Below are positions 10,538 through 20,033 of a DNA stretch of 64,000 bases, piece after piece. The first letter of the stretch is position 1. The number at the start of each line of letters is the position of its first letter. The notes beneath the pieces are model-generated. The model did no database searches. It saw only the letters and a program-made list of their open reading frames with translations, and was not told the origin of the DNA. The stretch comes from Bacteroidales bacterium (GTDB taxonomy: Bacteria; Bacteroidota; Bacteroidia; Bacteroidales; ML635J-15), in the NCBI GenBank assembly GCA_003249955.1, contig QKHS01000085.1:1212-65211 (forward strand), written 5' to 3'. The position numbers and the translations under genes are program-made.

Positions 10538-10628
10538 ATTGTTGTGCAAAAATAATTAAATAATTTTAATTAAAAATTTTTAAAATAAACTTTATTAAAA
10601 AACATATTGATTATTTTTACAGGAAAAA

Positions 10629-11318
10629 ATGACAAAAAAACACCATCTATTATTTTTACCGCTTCTGGTATTTTTTGCAGTTTCCTGTTGTAATAATTCA
10701 AGTCCCAAAACACAAGAACCAGTTAACGATACAATAAATCAGAATTCAGAATATGTGCTGAAAACTGACAGGCATTTTCTTTTTGATTATGAGCCTGTTT
10801 GCGAAAACGGAGATATAAATGTTGTTGTCGAAATTCCTGCAGGTACACTCGAAAAATGGGAAGTAGATAAAAAAGAAGGTAGCATGAAACTTGAGTTTGT
10901 TGATGAAAAACCACGTATTGTGCAATATATTGCTTACCCGGGAAATTATGGCATGATTCCGCAGACTTTATTGCCCGAAGAACTTGGCGGTGACGGCGAT
11001 CCGCTTGATGTAATTGTTTTGGGAGATGCTTCTGAGCGGGGTTCGGTAATTCAGTGTAAAGTTATAGGAATTCTTAAAATGCTGGATCGCGGAGAACAGG
11101 ATGATAAACTGATAGCAGTAAAAAAAGATTCTCCATTTTATAATATAGGTTCAATAGCAGAACTTGACGAAAAATTTCCGGGAGTTTCAGAAATTATAAA
11201 AATATGGTTCTCAAATTATAAAGGACCGGGTAAAATGGAAGTTGATGGTTTTCTTGAAAAAGAATCTGCTGATTCTGTTTTATTGCTTGCTATCAAAGAA
11301 TTTGATAAAGTTAATTAA
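10629..11318 (+). CDS. ppa: family I inorganic pyrophosphatase with an N-terminal lipoprotein signal peptide
   Basis: 229 aa. PPase core blocks VVVEIPAGTLEKWEVD and GDGDPLDVIVLGD. They are preceded by an extension of about 55 aa with lipobox FFAVSC. Confidence 0.9.
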   Translation: MTKKHHLLFLPLLVFFAVSCCNNSSPKTQEPVNDTINQNSEYVLKTDRHFLFDYEPVCENGDINVVVEIPAGTLEKWEVDKKEGSMKLEFVDEKPRIVQYIAYPGNYGMIPQTLLPEELGGDGDPLDVIVLGDASERGSVIQCKVIGILKMLDRGEQDDKLIAVKKDSPFYNIGSIAELDEKFPGVSEIIKIWFSNYKGPGKMEVDGFLEKESADSVLLLAIKEFDKVN

Positions 11319-11485
11319 GCTGGTCTTCCCGGATTTTTATTACAGCTATCACGTATTTGTTATAATCTGAAAGATATTAAAAATACTGTATCATAAATAT
11401 TTTTTATTGAAAATGTTTTTCTGGGGCAACCTGAGAAAAATATGCACGTCTTAATTACGATGTTAAATTTTAAAAATCAGTTTTC

Positions 11486-14239
11486 ATGAAAAAATTATTT
11501 CCGGTACTTATTGGTTTATTTGTTTTTATAAATATTATTCAGGCGCAAAATTTCATAGGTGTTTATTCAGATAATGACGGATCAACCTATACCGGGACAT
11601 TAAATCGTGTAACTGCAGATAATTTCGGAAATGTAATTAACACAACATCCTATACGAATTCTCCGATAAATATTGATGGAATTTCTTACCCTGTAAACGG
11701 GACAGTAAGTTCTATCATTGTAAAACGTGACGAAAATCACGATCTTGTTTGGGCAAAAAGTATTAGTTGTGGTGGAGTTACATTTATAGGAGATGTTTAT
11801 GCAGATAATTTGTCGAATATTTATGTTTGTGGTTATTTCGGAGATCAGTCGGCTGCAACAGAGCTTAATTCATATCCTTTCTCTCTTACAGATGAAACAG
11901 GTATGTCGTTATTTGTAATAAAGTATTCACCCAACGGAACTGTATTGTGGAGTAAATCTGTAAAAATAGGTTTGACAGGAAATGATTTTTCTTCTGATTT
12001 ATTTAAAATTGAAGGTAACGGAACAGATAAAATTCTTATATGCTCACCAATAGCAAATGTCGGAGCCCAAACAATAGGGACAACAACAATATCTGCAAAT
12101 GATGGAAAAATATTTTTGGCCGGCTTGAATTCCGACGGGGACTGGCAGTATGCAAATCTTATTACAGGAATTACAAACTCATATCTGGGATTTGACTTTG
12201 CGTATGCAGATAATGATGACATTTTTTATACTGCACATTTTAAGGGAAGTGTAGATCTTGGTGATGCCGGAGTTTTGGAAACTCCTGACACAACAAGTCT
12301 GGACTGTGTTTTTAAATCTGATTCTCAGGGCAATTTTGAATGGGGGCATTTGTTTAATGCCCGCTCATGGTGGAAATCAGATATCGTTTGTGATGGTAAC
12401 GATGCCGTTGTTTTCGGAAGTTTCGGAAACAGTATTTCGTTCGGCGATATTGAACTCACATCCTCATATTATTCCGGCTACGGGGTAAAAGTAGATAATG
12501 AAGGTAATTATATCTGGGCAAAAGCATATGGCGAATCTGAGGCAAACTTCTTTACTGCATGTAAAACAGAAAACGGATTTTATATCTCAGGCAAAACAGA
12601 CTCATATCCTGAGTCTAATACTTTTGGAACGTATCAACTGGTTTATGCTAATACATTACCGGAAGAAAACCGGTTATCAACTGTAAATTATCTGTTGAAG
12701 TTAGATAACGAAGGAAATGTAATAAATGGTGCAGTTTACAGCTTTGAATATGAGACTTTCAATACCGAAGAAATGGTATATAATAACGAAAAGGTTTATA
12801 TTACTGGAAATGTAAACACAGATGCATCTTTTGGCCAATATACTATTCATGCAGCGCAACCTAACGGCTCAAATTATATAAGTATATTTTCCGGGAGCAA
12901 TAATATCATTTCAGGAAAGTCTTTCTACGATTTTGATTCGGATAATATTTATAATAATGATGATTCAGGTTACGGTGGGCTTCTTGTTAATGTTGACGGC
13001 GGCGGTTTACATAGCACAGCTTTGCTTAATGCAGATTTTAACATAGGAACAGGAACCGGAGCATACACTGTCAGTATGATAAATCCTCCGTTATATTACA
13101 CATATAACACAACCGAACATACTGCAGATTTCGGGTCATTGTACGGACAGACAGATTTTGACAATGATTTTATTTTTCAGCCTGTTTCCGGTCAAAACGA
13201 TTTGATGGTTGATCTCGTAATGGGGCCGGTGAGGCCAGGTTTTACAGGTTATGCTTATGTTACTGTAAGAAATACCGGAACTACTCATAAAACCGGAGTC
13301 GTTGAATTCACTTTAAATCATACCGATACTGAAATTACTTTAACAGATCCTGCTGCTTCAACATTGGAAAGCAATTATGCAGAGTTGCCTTATGACCTTA
13401 ATCCAACCGGAGAAATAGTGTATCTTGTAAATTATCATACAGATGTTCTTGCCGAACTTGAAACGGAAGTTTCAGTTTATGTAACAGCTCCTGATCTTAC
13501 AGACCTTACTCCTGAAAATAATACAGATACCGTAATTACAGAAGTTACAGGTTCTTTTGACCCTAATTCCAAAGAAGTATATCCGCGTGGCGATGTGCAT
13601 CCTGATTTTATTGCAGGTGGAGAAGAATTAGAGTATATTATAAACTTTCAGAACACCGGAACAGATACTGCTTTTACGGTAATTCTGATTGATACTCTAA
13701 GCAATAATCTGGATTTGTCAACCTTCCGTCAGGTAAGCTCAAGCCACAATGTTGTTGTTAATTTTTACGATAATGTTGTGTGGTTCCGGTTTAATCAGAT
13801 TAATCTGGTTGACAGCGTCACCAACGAAGAATTAAGCCACGGTTTTGTCAAGTATATAATTAAACCTGAATCAACTCTTGTCATTGGTGATGTTATTGAA
13901 AATACTGCTGCTATTTATTTCGATTACAACGAACCTGTTATCACAAATACGACAGTAACTGAAATTACAGATATTACCGGATGCGAAACATTTAAAGCAA
14001 ACGAAAAATGTAATGTTTATCCTAATCCGTGTAAAAACGGACAGGTTTATTTAAGATCAGACAATGACATAGACAGAATAATTGTCGAAAATATAGCAGG
14101 ACAGTTGGTGTCTGAGGTGAAAATTTCAGGTCTTAAAGAAACTGAAATTGATCTTACAGGTAAAGAATGCGGAATATATCTTATCAAAATATTTACCGAA
14201 GGAGGAATTGAAACAATCAAGCTGCTTAAATCGGAATAA
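11486..14239 (+). CDS. T9SS type A sorting-domain protein (beta-propeller/SBBP-like repeats plus DUF11-like repeat domain)
   Basis: 917 aa with signal peptide. Repeated G-x-F-x-G/NIYV-type propeller blocks. The FDPNSKEV...FQNTGTDTAF block is typical of conserved-repeat-domain proteins. The C-terminal 80 aa (VYPNPCKNGQVYL...GIYLIKIFTEGGIETIKLLK) resemble the Por secretion tail. Confidence 0.85.
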   Translation: MKKLFPVLIGLFVFINIIQAQNFIGVYSDNDGSTYTGTLNRVTADNFGNVINTTSYTNSPINIDGISYPVNGTVSSIIVKRDENHDLVWAKSISCGGVTFIGDVYADNLSNIYVCGYFGDQSAATELNSYPFSLTDETGMSLFVIKYSPNGTVLWSKSVKIGLTGNDFSSDLFKIEGNGTDKILICSPIANVGAQTIGTTTISANDGKIFLAGLNSDGDWQYANLITGITNSYLGFDFAYADNDDIFYTAHFKGSVDLGDAGVLETPDTTSLDCVFKSDSQGNFEWGHLFNARSWWKSDIVCDGNDAVVFGSFGNSISFGDIELTSSYYSGYGVKVDNEGNYIWAKAYGESEANFFTACKTENGFYISGKTDSYPESNTFGTYQLVYANTLPEENRLSTVNYLLKLDNEGNVINGAVYSFEYETFNTEEMVYNNEKVYITGNVNTDASFGQYTIHAAQPNGSNYISIFSGSNNIISGKSFYDFDSDNIYNNDDSGYGGLLVNVDGGGLHSTALLNADFNIGTGTGAYTVSMINPPLYYTYNTTEHTADFGSLYGQTDFDNDFIFQPVSGQNDLMVDLVMGPVRPGFTGYAYVTVRNTGTTHKTGVVEFTLNHTDTEITLTDPAASTLESNYAELPYDLNPTGEIVYLVNYHTDVLAELETEVSVYVTAPDLTDLTPENNTDTVITEVTGSFDPNSKEVYPRGDVHPDFIAGGEELEYIINFQNTGTDTAFTVILIDTLSNNLDLSTFRQVSSSHNVVVNFYDNVVWFRFNQINLVDSVTNEELSHGFVKYIIKPESTLVIGDVIENTAAIYFDYNEPVITNTTVTEITDITGCETFKANEKCNVYPNPCKNGQVYLRSDNDIDRIIVENIAGQLVSEVKISGLKETEIDLTGKECGIYLIKIFTEGGIETIKLLKSE

Positions 14240-14272
14240 GTAATGAGATAATAGTGCACTTATCCGTAATTT

Positions 14273-14300
14273 TGCCGGCAGCCCTGCCGGCATTTTTTTT
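14273..14300 (+). terminator. rho-independent terminator
   Basis: TGCCGGCAGCCCTGCCGGCA hairpin followed by T8, 34 nt after the stop at 14239. Confidence 0.75.
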
Positions 14301-14510
14301 ATAAAAACCGGAAAAACATATAGAATCATAATCTGAATAATTTTACCTGAAGGATTAAAAGTTGCATGGTCAAAGCCCAAAACATGTGTTTTAACCTGAG
14401 TATTGTGAAAACTCACAGAAAATAGATATACTATATTTTGGGTATGGCTAAAACTTTAAAAATATTGTTGTTAAAACTATCCGTACAACTAAAATGATGA
14501 AAATTATTTG

Positions 14511-14518
14511 TAGTTTTG
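14511..14518 (+). promoter_or_regulatory. -7 box TAnnTTTG
   Basis: TAGTTTTG, 23 nt upstream of the ATG at 14541. Confidence 0.45.
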
Positions 14519-14540
14519 ATGTCGTTTAAAACTTTCATTA

Positions 14541-14969
14541 ATGGACATTAAAGGTGTTGAAGGGAAAACAAATGCTCAGTTGAAATTTGAAATTTCGCAG
14601 GGAGCAAGGTTCGTTTATTTTGAATATTGTATCTCAGTTTTTGTCTTTACGATTAAAAGGCCAACCAAAACTTATTTTATTGCCGAAGGAGAGTCTGTAT
14701 TTTTGAAAGCTCTGATTTTTAGTCTTATTTCATTCTTATTTGGCTGGTGGGGGTTTCCGTGGGGACCGCTTTATACTATTCAGAGTCTGAGTAGCAATAT
14801 AAGTGGTGGCCATGATATAACAGGGAAGATAAAGGAATTGCTGGATGATGGTGATCCTTCCCGTAATAATAATGGTTATATTCCGTTAAAACATCTTGAA
14901 GTAAATTCGCGCAGAAAAGAAAACCTGGAATTGACTAAAAATGCTTTCAGATCTGGATTTGGGAAGTAA
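14541..14969 (+). CDS. hypothetical small membrane protein
   Basis: 142 aa with two hydrophobic segments (YCISVFVFTI, LIFSLISFLFGWWGF). Confidence 0.45.
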   Translation: MDIKGVEGKTNAQLKFEISQGARFVYFEYCISVFVFTIKRPTKTYFIAEGESVFLKALIFSLISFLFGWWGFPWGPLYTIQSLSSNISGGHDITGKIKELLDDGDPSRNNNGYIPLKHLEVNSRRKENLELTKNAFRSGFGK

Positions 14970-14994
14970 AATTTAGAATTGATTTTATAAAAAA

Positions 14995-16215
14995 ATGAAA
15001 CCGAAACAAAAAGAAAAGAAGACGGGCAGAATTTTAGGACTTGAAAGAAATATTTTCTTTGTAGGGTTAACAAGTTTTTTTACAGATACGTCTGCCAAGA
15101 TGGTTTACAGTGTAATGCCATTGTTTTTAATGTCTCTGGGCGCAACCAAAACAACAATTTCGCTTATAGAGGGTATTGCTGAAAGTACCGCGTCTTTATT
15201 AAAGGCATTATCGGGATTCTGGAGCGATAAAATAGGAAAGAACAAGCCTTTTATGATAATTGGTTACGGGCTTACAGCCATAATGACTCCTTTATATGCT
15301 ATTGTAAGGTTTCCGATACAGGTCTTGTATTTCAGATTTATTGAAAGAGTGGGAAAAGGAGTGAGGACAGCTCCGCGTGACAGCCTTATCAGTAGTTCGG
15401 TTGAGAATAAAGAAGCCGGTAAAAGTTTCGGTTTTCATAAAGCAATGGATAACAGCGGAGCAATACTGGGACCACTGATTGCATTTGTTCTTTTGTATTT
15501 TTTTCCGTTAAATTATCATAATATTTTTATTATTGCTGCAATACCTGCTATCATAGGGGTGTTAAGTATTATTTTGTTTGTTAAAGAAAACAGTATTAAG
15601 AACAAGTCTGATAAGCCAAAGGTTTCTTTAAAACTTTTGCCTAAAAAATTCTATTTCTTTTTGGTAATTGTTTTTGTTTTTGCTCTTGGAAATTCCACAG
15701 ATGCCCTACTGCTAGTAAAAACCAGCGAGACAGGAATAAAAGAATCTTATATCCCTTTTATTTACATGATTTTTAATGTTGTATCTGTAATTTTTGCTAT
15801 TCCTGTCGGTAAAATGTCAGATAAGCGCGGACGTGAAAAATTTATCATTGCCGGATTTTTGATTTACTCTGTAGTATATTTTATGTTCGGAAAATATAAT
15901 GATATCAGGATTTATATTATGCTTTTTGTGTTATACGGTCTTTACAGCACGCTGACAGATGGTAGTCAGAAGGCAATGATATCTGATATTACCGGAAAAG
16001 ACCTTAAAGGCACTGCTTATGGTATTTATCATGCGGTTCTGGGTATTGCACTTTTACCGGCAAGTCTTATAGCCGGATTGTTGTACGACAAGGTAAATTC
16101 CGGTGCTCCTTTCTACTTCGGATCGGCAATGGCTCTCCTGGCTGCGTTAATGATGATTATATTTGCGCTGTACAATAAGAAGCGCAATAACATTTCAATA
16201 GCAGAACAGAATTGA
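14995..16215 (+). CDS. MFS transporter
   Basis: 406 aa with about 12 hydrophobic segments. MFS-like loop motif between TM2 and TM3 (GFWSDKIGKNK). Confidence 0.85.
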   Translation: MKPKQKEKKTGRILGLERNIFFVGLTSFFTDTSAKMVYSVMPLFLMSLGATKTTISLIEGIAESTASLLKALSGFWSDKIGKNKPFMIIGYGLTAIMTPLYAIVRFPIQVLYFRFIERVGKGVRTAPRDSLISSSVENKEAGKSFGFHKAMDNSGAILGPLIAFVLLYFFPLNYHNIFIIAAIPAIIGVLSIILFVKENSIKNKSDKPKVSLKLLPKKFYFFLVIVFVFALGNSTDALLLVKTSETGIKESYIPFIYMIFNVVSVIFAIPVGKMSDKRGREKFIIAGFLIYSVVYFMFGKYNDIRIYIMLFVLYGLYSTLTDGSQKAMISDITGKDLKGTAYGIYHAVLGIALLPASLIAGLLYDKVNSGAPFYFGSAMALLAALMMIIFALYNKKRNNISIAEQN

Positions 16216-16217
16216 GA

Positions 16218-17606
16218 TCAGGCTCTTCTGTTCCAGTGAGTGATAATCAGATCAAGTTCAAGTATTAAATCGTGGTGAAGATTCTTAAGTTTTTTGTAAT
16301 CGGTAGGATAAAAATTTCTGATTTTTAATAACCGCCAATCTTCAAAAAGAATATTCAGCCATTCGGAAATTACTCTGGCAATTAGTCCGAAAACCGGTAA
16401 CGATACTGCATAGGCAAGTATTATCCATATTTTTGGGAAAATAATTGCAATGATTGCTATTTGAATTGCATAGATAATCGGGATTATAAATACTCCCCAT
16501 CCGAATTTAATGCTGCTGTGAAATTGTTTGTCTTTGATTTTAAGCACCAGAATTTTCGGAATGAAATAAGCAAAAAGATTGTTAATTAATCCATAGGCAA
16601 AAGCCGGCATGCAGATTAACATGATAAATGAATTTATTATCAGGCGGAATATGCTGAGGAATGGCTTTTCAACTGACTGGTCCGAAACGCGGAATCTTTT
16701 TTTGAGATTTTCGTACTCTTCAACTTTTAGTTTTATATCCTGCATTTTTTCAGGATTATCTGCTTCAAAAGTCTCAAGAGCTTTAATTGTTATTTTATCT
16801 GCTTTGAATCTGTTTATCTGGCTTAGTTTTCCAAGTTTGAATTTTCTTATCAGATTTTTTACATAAAGACTGCGTATGCTTTCATAAGTGTCGTAAAGTT
16901 CTATGCTGCGAATATCTATAACCAGAGGCCTCATGGCTTCTTCCATAGCATCGCGCAGACTAAGCATTGCCTTCTGTTGGTTTTCTGTGTATTCTTCTTT
17001 AAAGTCAATTACGTTTATAGGCTTGCCGTATCTTACATGCAGAATACTTCGCATTTTGTTATAGCGGCTGTAATATATTCCTACCGGGACAATTTTTAAG
17101 TTCAGGTTGAAATCGTTTTTTTCTTCGGCCATAAATGCCAGGCGAGGAATACCTTTTTTAAAATCGAGTAGCCTTCTTTTGTCTGTATGTCTGGCTTCCG
17201 GGAAAATTCCTATTCTTTGTTTGCTTTCCAATACTTTTACTGCAACATCAAATGTAAGGTCGTTGTTGTTGAGATTTTCTTTTCCGTCACGAATGCGAAA
17301 TACAGGAAGTATTTTAAGAAAGTGTAGAAATTTAGCAGCAATTTTGTTTTTGAATATGTCTGCACGTGCAAGAAAAACTATCTGCTTGTTTATCGAAAAC
17401 ATTACGGCCAAAGGGTCCATCAAAGCATTCTGGTGGTTAGGTGCAAAAATTACCGGGCAGTCATCCGGGATGTTTTCCTGACCTTCAACAATTATGTTTT
17501 TATAAAATAGCCTGTGTAATGAGATTACATAGTAACTGAAAAAAGTCCACGATCGTGAATTTTTATACAGATGTTTATATTTATCTAATTCGTTTTTCTT
17601 CGCCAT
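16218..17606 (-). CDS. 1-acyl-sn-glycerol-3-phosphate acyltransferase family protein with a C-terminal membrane domain
   Basis: Acyltransferase HX4D motif (NHQNALMD) and FPEARHT block. Start trimmed to the ATG at 17606 (MAKKNELDKY). Overlaps the upstream stop by 22 nt. Confidence 0.8.
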   Translation of the reverse strand: MAKKNELDKYKHLYKNSRSWTFFSYYVISLHRLFYKNIIVEGQENIPDDCPVIFAPNHQNALMDPLAVMFSINKQIVFLARADIFKNKIAAKFLHFLKILPVFRIRDGKENLNNNDLTFDVAVKVLESKQRIGIFPEARHTDKRRLLDFKKGIPRLAFMAEEKNDFNLNLKIVPVGIYYSRYNKMRSILHVRYGKPINVIDFKEEYTENQQKAMLSLRDAMEEAMRPLVIDIRSIELYDTYESIRSLYVKNLIRKFKLGKLSQINRFKADKITIKALETFEADNPEKMQDIKLKVEEYENLKKRFRVSDQSVEKPFLSIFRLIINSFIMLICMPAFAYGLINNLFAYFIPKILVLKIKDKQFHSSIKFGWGVFIIPIIYAIQIAIIAIIFPKIWIILAYAVSLPVFGLIARVISEWLNILFEDWRLLKIRNFYPTDYKKLKNLHHDLILELDLIITHWNRRA

Positions 17607-18529
17607 ATTGATGCAATTGTTAAACCTGATAAAATATGCCAAATTCCCCACCATGCAGTAACAATCATCATACCTCCCAATGCAAGATCCTGAGGGAAAA
17701 TATTCGGGTTAAAAAGCAGAACCAGTCCCAAACCGCTGTTTTGTATTCCGGTTTCTATTGCAATAGTTCTTGAGTTTTGCGGGTTAAGCCTGAACAGCTT
17801 TGAAAATCCGAACCCGGAACTTAATGCCAGAGCATTGTGAATAAGTACGATGATGAAAACCCAGAAGATATATCTTATAAAGTGATCGTAGTTGTTAACA
17901 AACATTATTACTACCATTCCCATGAAGAATATTATAGAAAATATTTTTATAGGTTTTTTTACAAATTCGGTAAGTTTTGGCAAAAAACTATTTGCAAGCA
18001 TTCCGGCAACAATAGGAATACCCAGTAAAATAAGAACTGTTTTAAACATTTCAACAGGATCAATACTGAGTTCTCTCAGCAGTTCGTTATGAGCCCAAGG
18101 TCCGATATTTTCGTATAATTGTCCCCAGAAATAAAAATTAAGCGGAGTCATTATTATTGCAGAAATAGTTGCTATTGCAGTAAGAGACACAGACAAAGCA
18201 GCATTACCTTTTGCAAGTGTTGAGATAAAATTTGACACATTCCCTCCGGGACAGGATGCCACCAGAATCATACCCATAGCGACGCCGACAGTTATATTAT
18301 TCCAGAATGCCATAATAAGCATAAATGTCAATGCCGGTAAAATAATAAACTGGGATAAAACTCCTATAATTACCGGTTTCGGCTTTCTTAAAAGCTCTTT
18401 AAAGTGAGAAACTTTAATTTCAAGAGCTACTCCAAACATAATTATTGCAATCGTGATATTCAGCACCAACAGCCCGCCCTGACTAAAATTCAGTTTAGCT
18501 GCATCCATAGCTTGTAAGGCTTCAAACAT
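17585..18529 (-). CDS. bile acid:sodium symporter (BASS) family transporter
   Basis: 314 aa, polytopic. Blocks ASCPGGNVSNF and AIETGIQNSGLGL are typical of the SBF/BASS family. Confidence 0.85.
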   Translation of the reverse strand: MFEALQAMDAAKLNFSQGGLLVLNITIAIIMFGVALEIKVSHFKELLRKPKPVIIGVLSQFIILPALTFMLIMAFWNNITVGVAMGMILVASCPGGNVSNFISTLAKGNAALSVSLTAIATISAIIMTPLNFYFWGQLYENIGPWAHNELLRELSIDPVEMFKTVLILLGIPIVAGMLANSFLPKLTEFVKKPIKIFSIIFFMGMVVIMFVNNYDHFIRYIFWVFIIVLIHNALALSSGFGFSKLFRLNPQNSRTIAIETGIQNSGLGLVLLFNPNIFPQDLALGGMMIVTAWWGIWHILSGLTIASIWRRKTN

Positions 18530-18669
18530 AGCGACAAATTTTTCACAAAGTTAATAATAGTTTAAAAATTGCTTTGATTTTATCATAGTTTTATAGGAAA
18601 ATATTTGTGTAAGTCATAAATTACTATGATAAACAATTTGTTGCATGTTATTTGTATCGGAAAAAATTG

Positions 18670-18677
18670 TATTTTTG
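18670..18677 (+). promoter_or_regulatory. -7 box TAnnTTTG
   Basis: TATTTTTG, 20 nt upstream of the cdd ATG. Confidence 0.5.
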
Positions 18678-18696
18678 AATAATTATTTTTCTTAGG

Positions 18697-19188
18697 ATGA
18701 AAGAACGCGAAATACTGATCCGGTTTAAGGAATTTAAACCAGAAGAATTAAATCCCACAGATAAAAATCTTGTTGATATTGCTGTTGAATCTGCCGGTAA
18801 TGCGTATGCTCCATATTCACATTTCAGGGTAGGAGCTGCCGTATTATTAAGTAACGGAACTGTCGTACGCGGGAGTAATCAGGAGAATGCTGCATATCCT
18901 TCAGGATTATGTGCCGAGAGGGTTGCAATGTTTTATGCAAATGCAAATTATCCGGATTCTTCGGTAGAGGCAATAGCTGTAGTTGTAATAAACCCACAGG
19001 GGCATGTTATAGATGAAAACATTTCGCCATGTGGTTCGTGCCGTCAGGTAATGGCTGAGACGGAGATGAGGTTTAAAAAGCCTATCCGTGTTTTGTTGGC
19101 ATCTTCAGCTTCGGTTTTGGTTTTTAATTCAATAGAAGATCTTTTGCCTCTAAGCTTTAATCAGGGCGATCTTGATATGTCAGAGTGA
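18697..19188 (+). CDS. cdd: cytidine deaminase
   Basis: 163 aa. Zinc-binding motifs CAERVA and PCGSCRQV. Confidence 0.9.
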   Translation: MKEREILIRFKEFKPEELNPTDKNLVDIAVESAGNAYAPYSHFRVGAAVLLSNGTVVRGSNQENAAYPSGLCAERVAMFYANANYPDSSVEAIAVVVINPQGHVIDENISPCGSCRQVMAETEMRFKKPIRVLLASSASVLVFNSIEDLLPLSFNQGDLDMSE

Positions 19189-19977
19189 TTTTTTTAATCT
19201 GACAAGTTTTATCAGCAGGTCTTCAATCAAATCCAGTCTGAGCATATTTGCTCCGTCAGATTTTGCGTTTTCAGGATCAGGATGAGTTTCTATAAATAAC
19301 CCGTCAGCACCTACAGCAATCCCGGCTTTGGCCATATATTCAATCATATCGGGTTGCCCGCCTGTTACCCCTGAACTTTGGTTTGGCTGTTGCAAACTGT
19401 GAGTAACATCAAGAATTACCGGGAATCCGAATTTCTTCATTTTGGGAATGCCACGAAAATCAATAACCAGATCCTGGTAACCGAAAGTGGTTCCGCGTTC
19501 GGTAAGCATTACATTGTTATTTCCGGCATTAACTACTTTGTTTGCAGCAAATTGCATTGCCTCAGGCGATAAGAACTGACCTTTTTTTATGTTTATAATT
19601 TTACCTGTTTTTGCTGCAGCTTCAAGTAAATCTGTCTGGCGACACAAAAACGCAGGAATCTGCAATATATCTGCAACCTTAGCGGCCATTGTGGCTTCTT
19701 CTGGTGAGTGTATATCTGTACAAACAGGCACTTTAAGTTCAGATTTTACTTTTTTCAGAATTTCAAGTGCTTTTTCGTCTCCTAACCCGGTAAAAGAGTT
19801 TATACTGCTTCTGTTTGCCTTACGGTACGATGATTTGAAAACAAACGGGATGTCTAGCCCTTTGCAGACATCCTGCAGTTTTTTTGCAGTATTGTATGTT
19901 ATTTCTTCATTTTCAACAACACAAGGTCCTGCAATCAGGAAAAAGTTATTATTTAAATCTATTTTGAATGCCGGCAT
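19180..19977 (-). CDS. kdsA: 3-deoxy-8-phosphooctulonate (KDO-8-P) synthase
   Basis: 265 aa. FFLIAGPCVVENEE, FKSSYRKANRSS and VILDVTHSLQ blocks. The 3' end overlaps cdd by 9 nt (convergent genes). Confidence 0.95.
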   Translation of the reverse strand: MPAFKIDLNNNFFLIAGPCVVENEEITYNTAKKLQDVCKGLDIPFVFKSSYRKANRSSINSFTGLGDEKALEILKKVKSELKVPVCTDIHSPEEATMAAKVADILQIPAFLCRQTDLLEAAAKTGKIINIKKGQFLSPEAMQFAANKVVNAGNNNVMLTERGTTFGYQDLVIDFRGIPKMKKFGFPVILDVTHSLQQPNQSSGVTGGQPDMIEYMAKAGIAVGADGLFIETHPDPENAKSDGANMLRLDLIEDLLIKLVRLKKSL

Positions 19978-20033
19978 ATTTTTTTCCCCAAAAGTAAAAG
20001 AAATTTTGCAAAGTAAAACCGAACAGGCAATAT

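Noticed and set aside
18579-18633. An 11-bp inverted repeat (TTTATCATAGT ... ACTATGATAAA) in the BASS / cdd divergent promoter region.
   Set aside because: It is entirely AT-rich with a 33-nt spacer, so it is plausibly a chance match. It is noted only as a weak operator candidate.
19180-19188. A 9-nt overlap of the convergent cdd and kdsA 3' ends, as a possible antisense-regulation feature.
   Set aside because: Short convergent overlaps are common in compact genomes. No additional structure supports a regulatory role.
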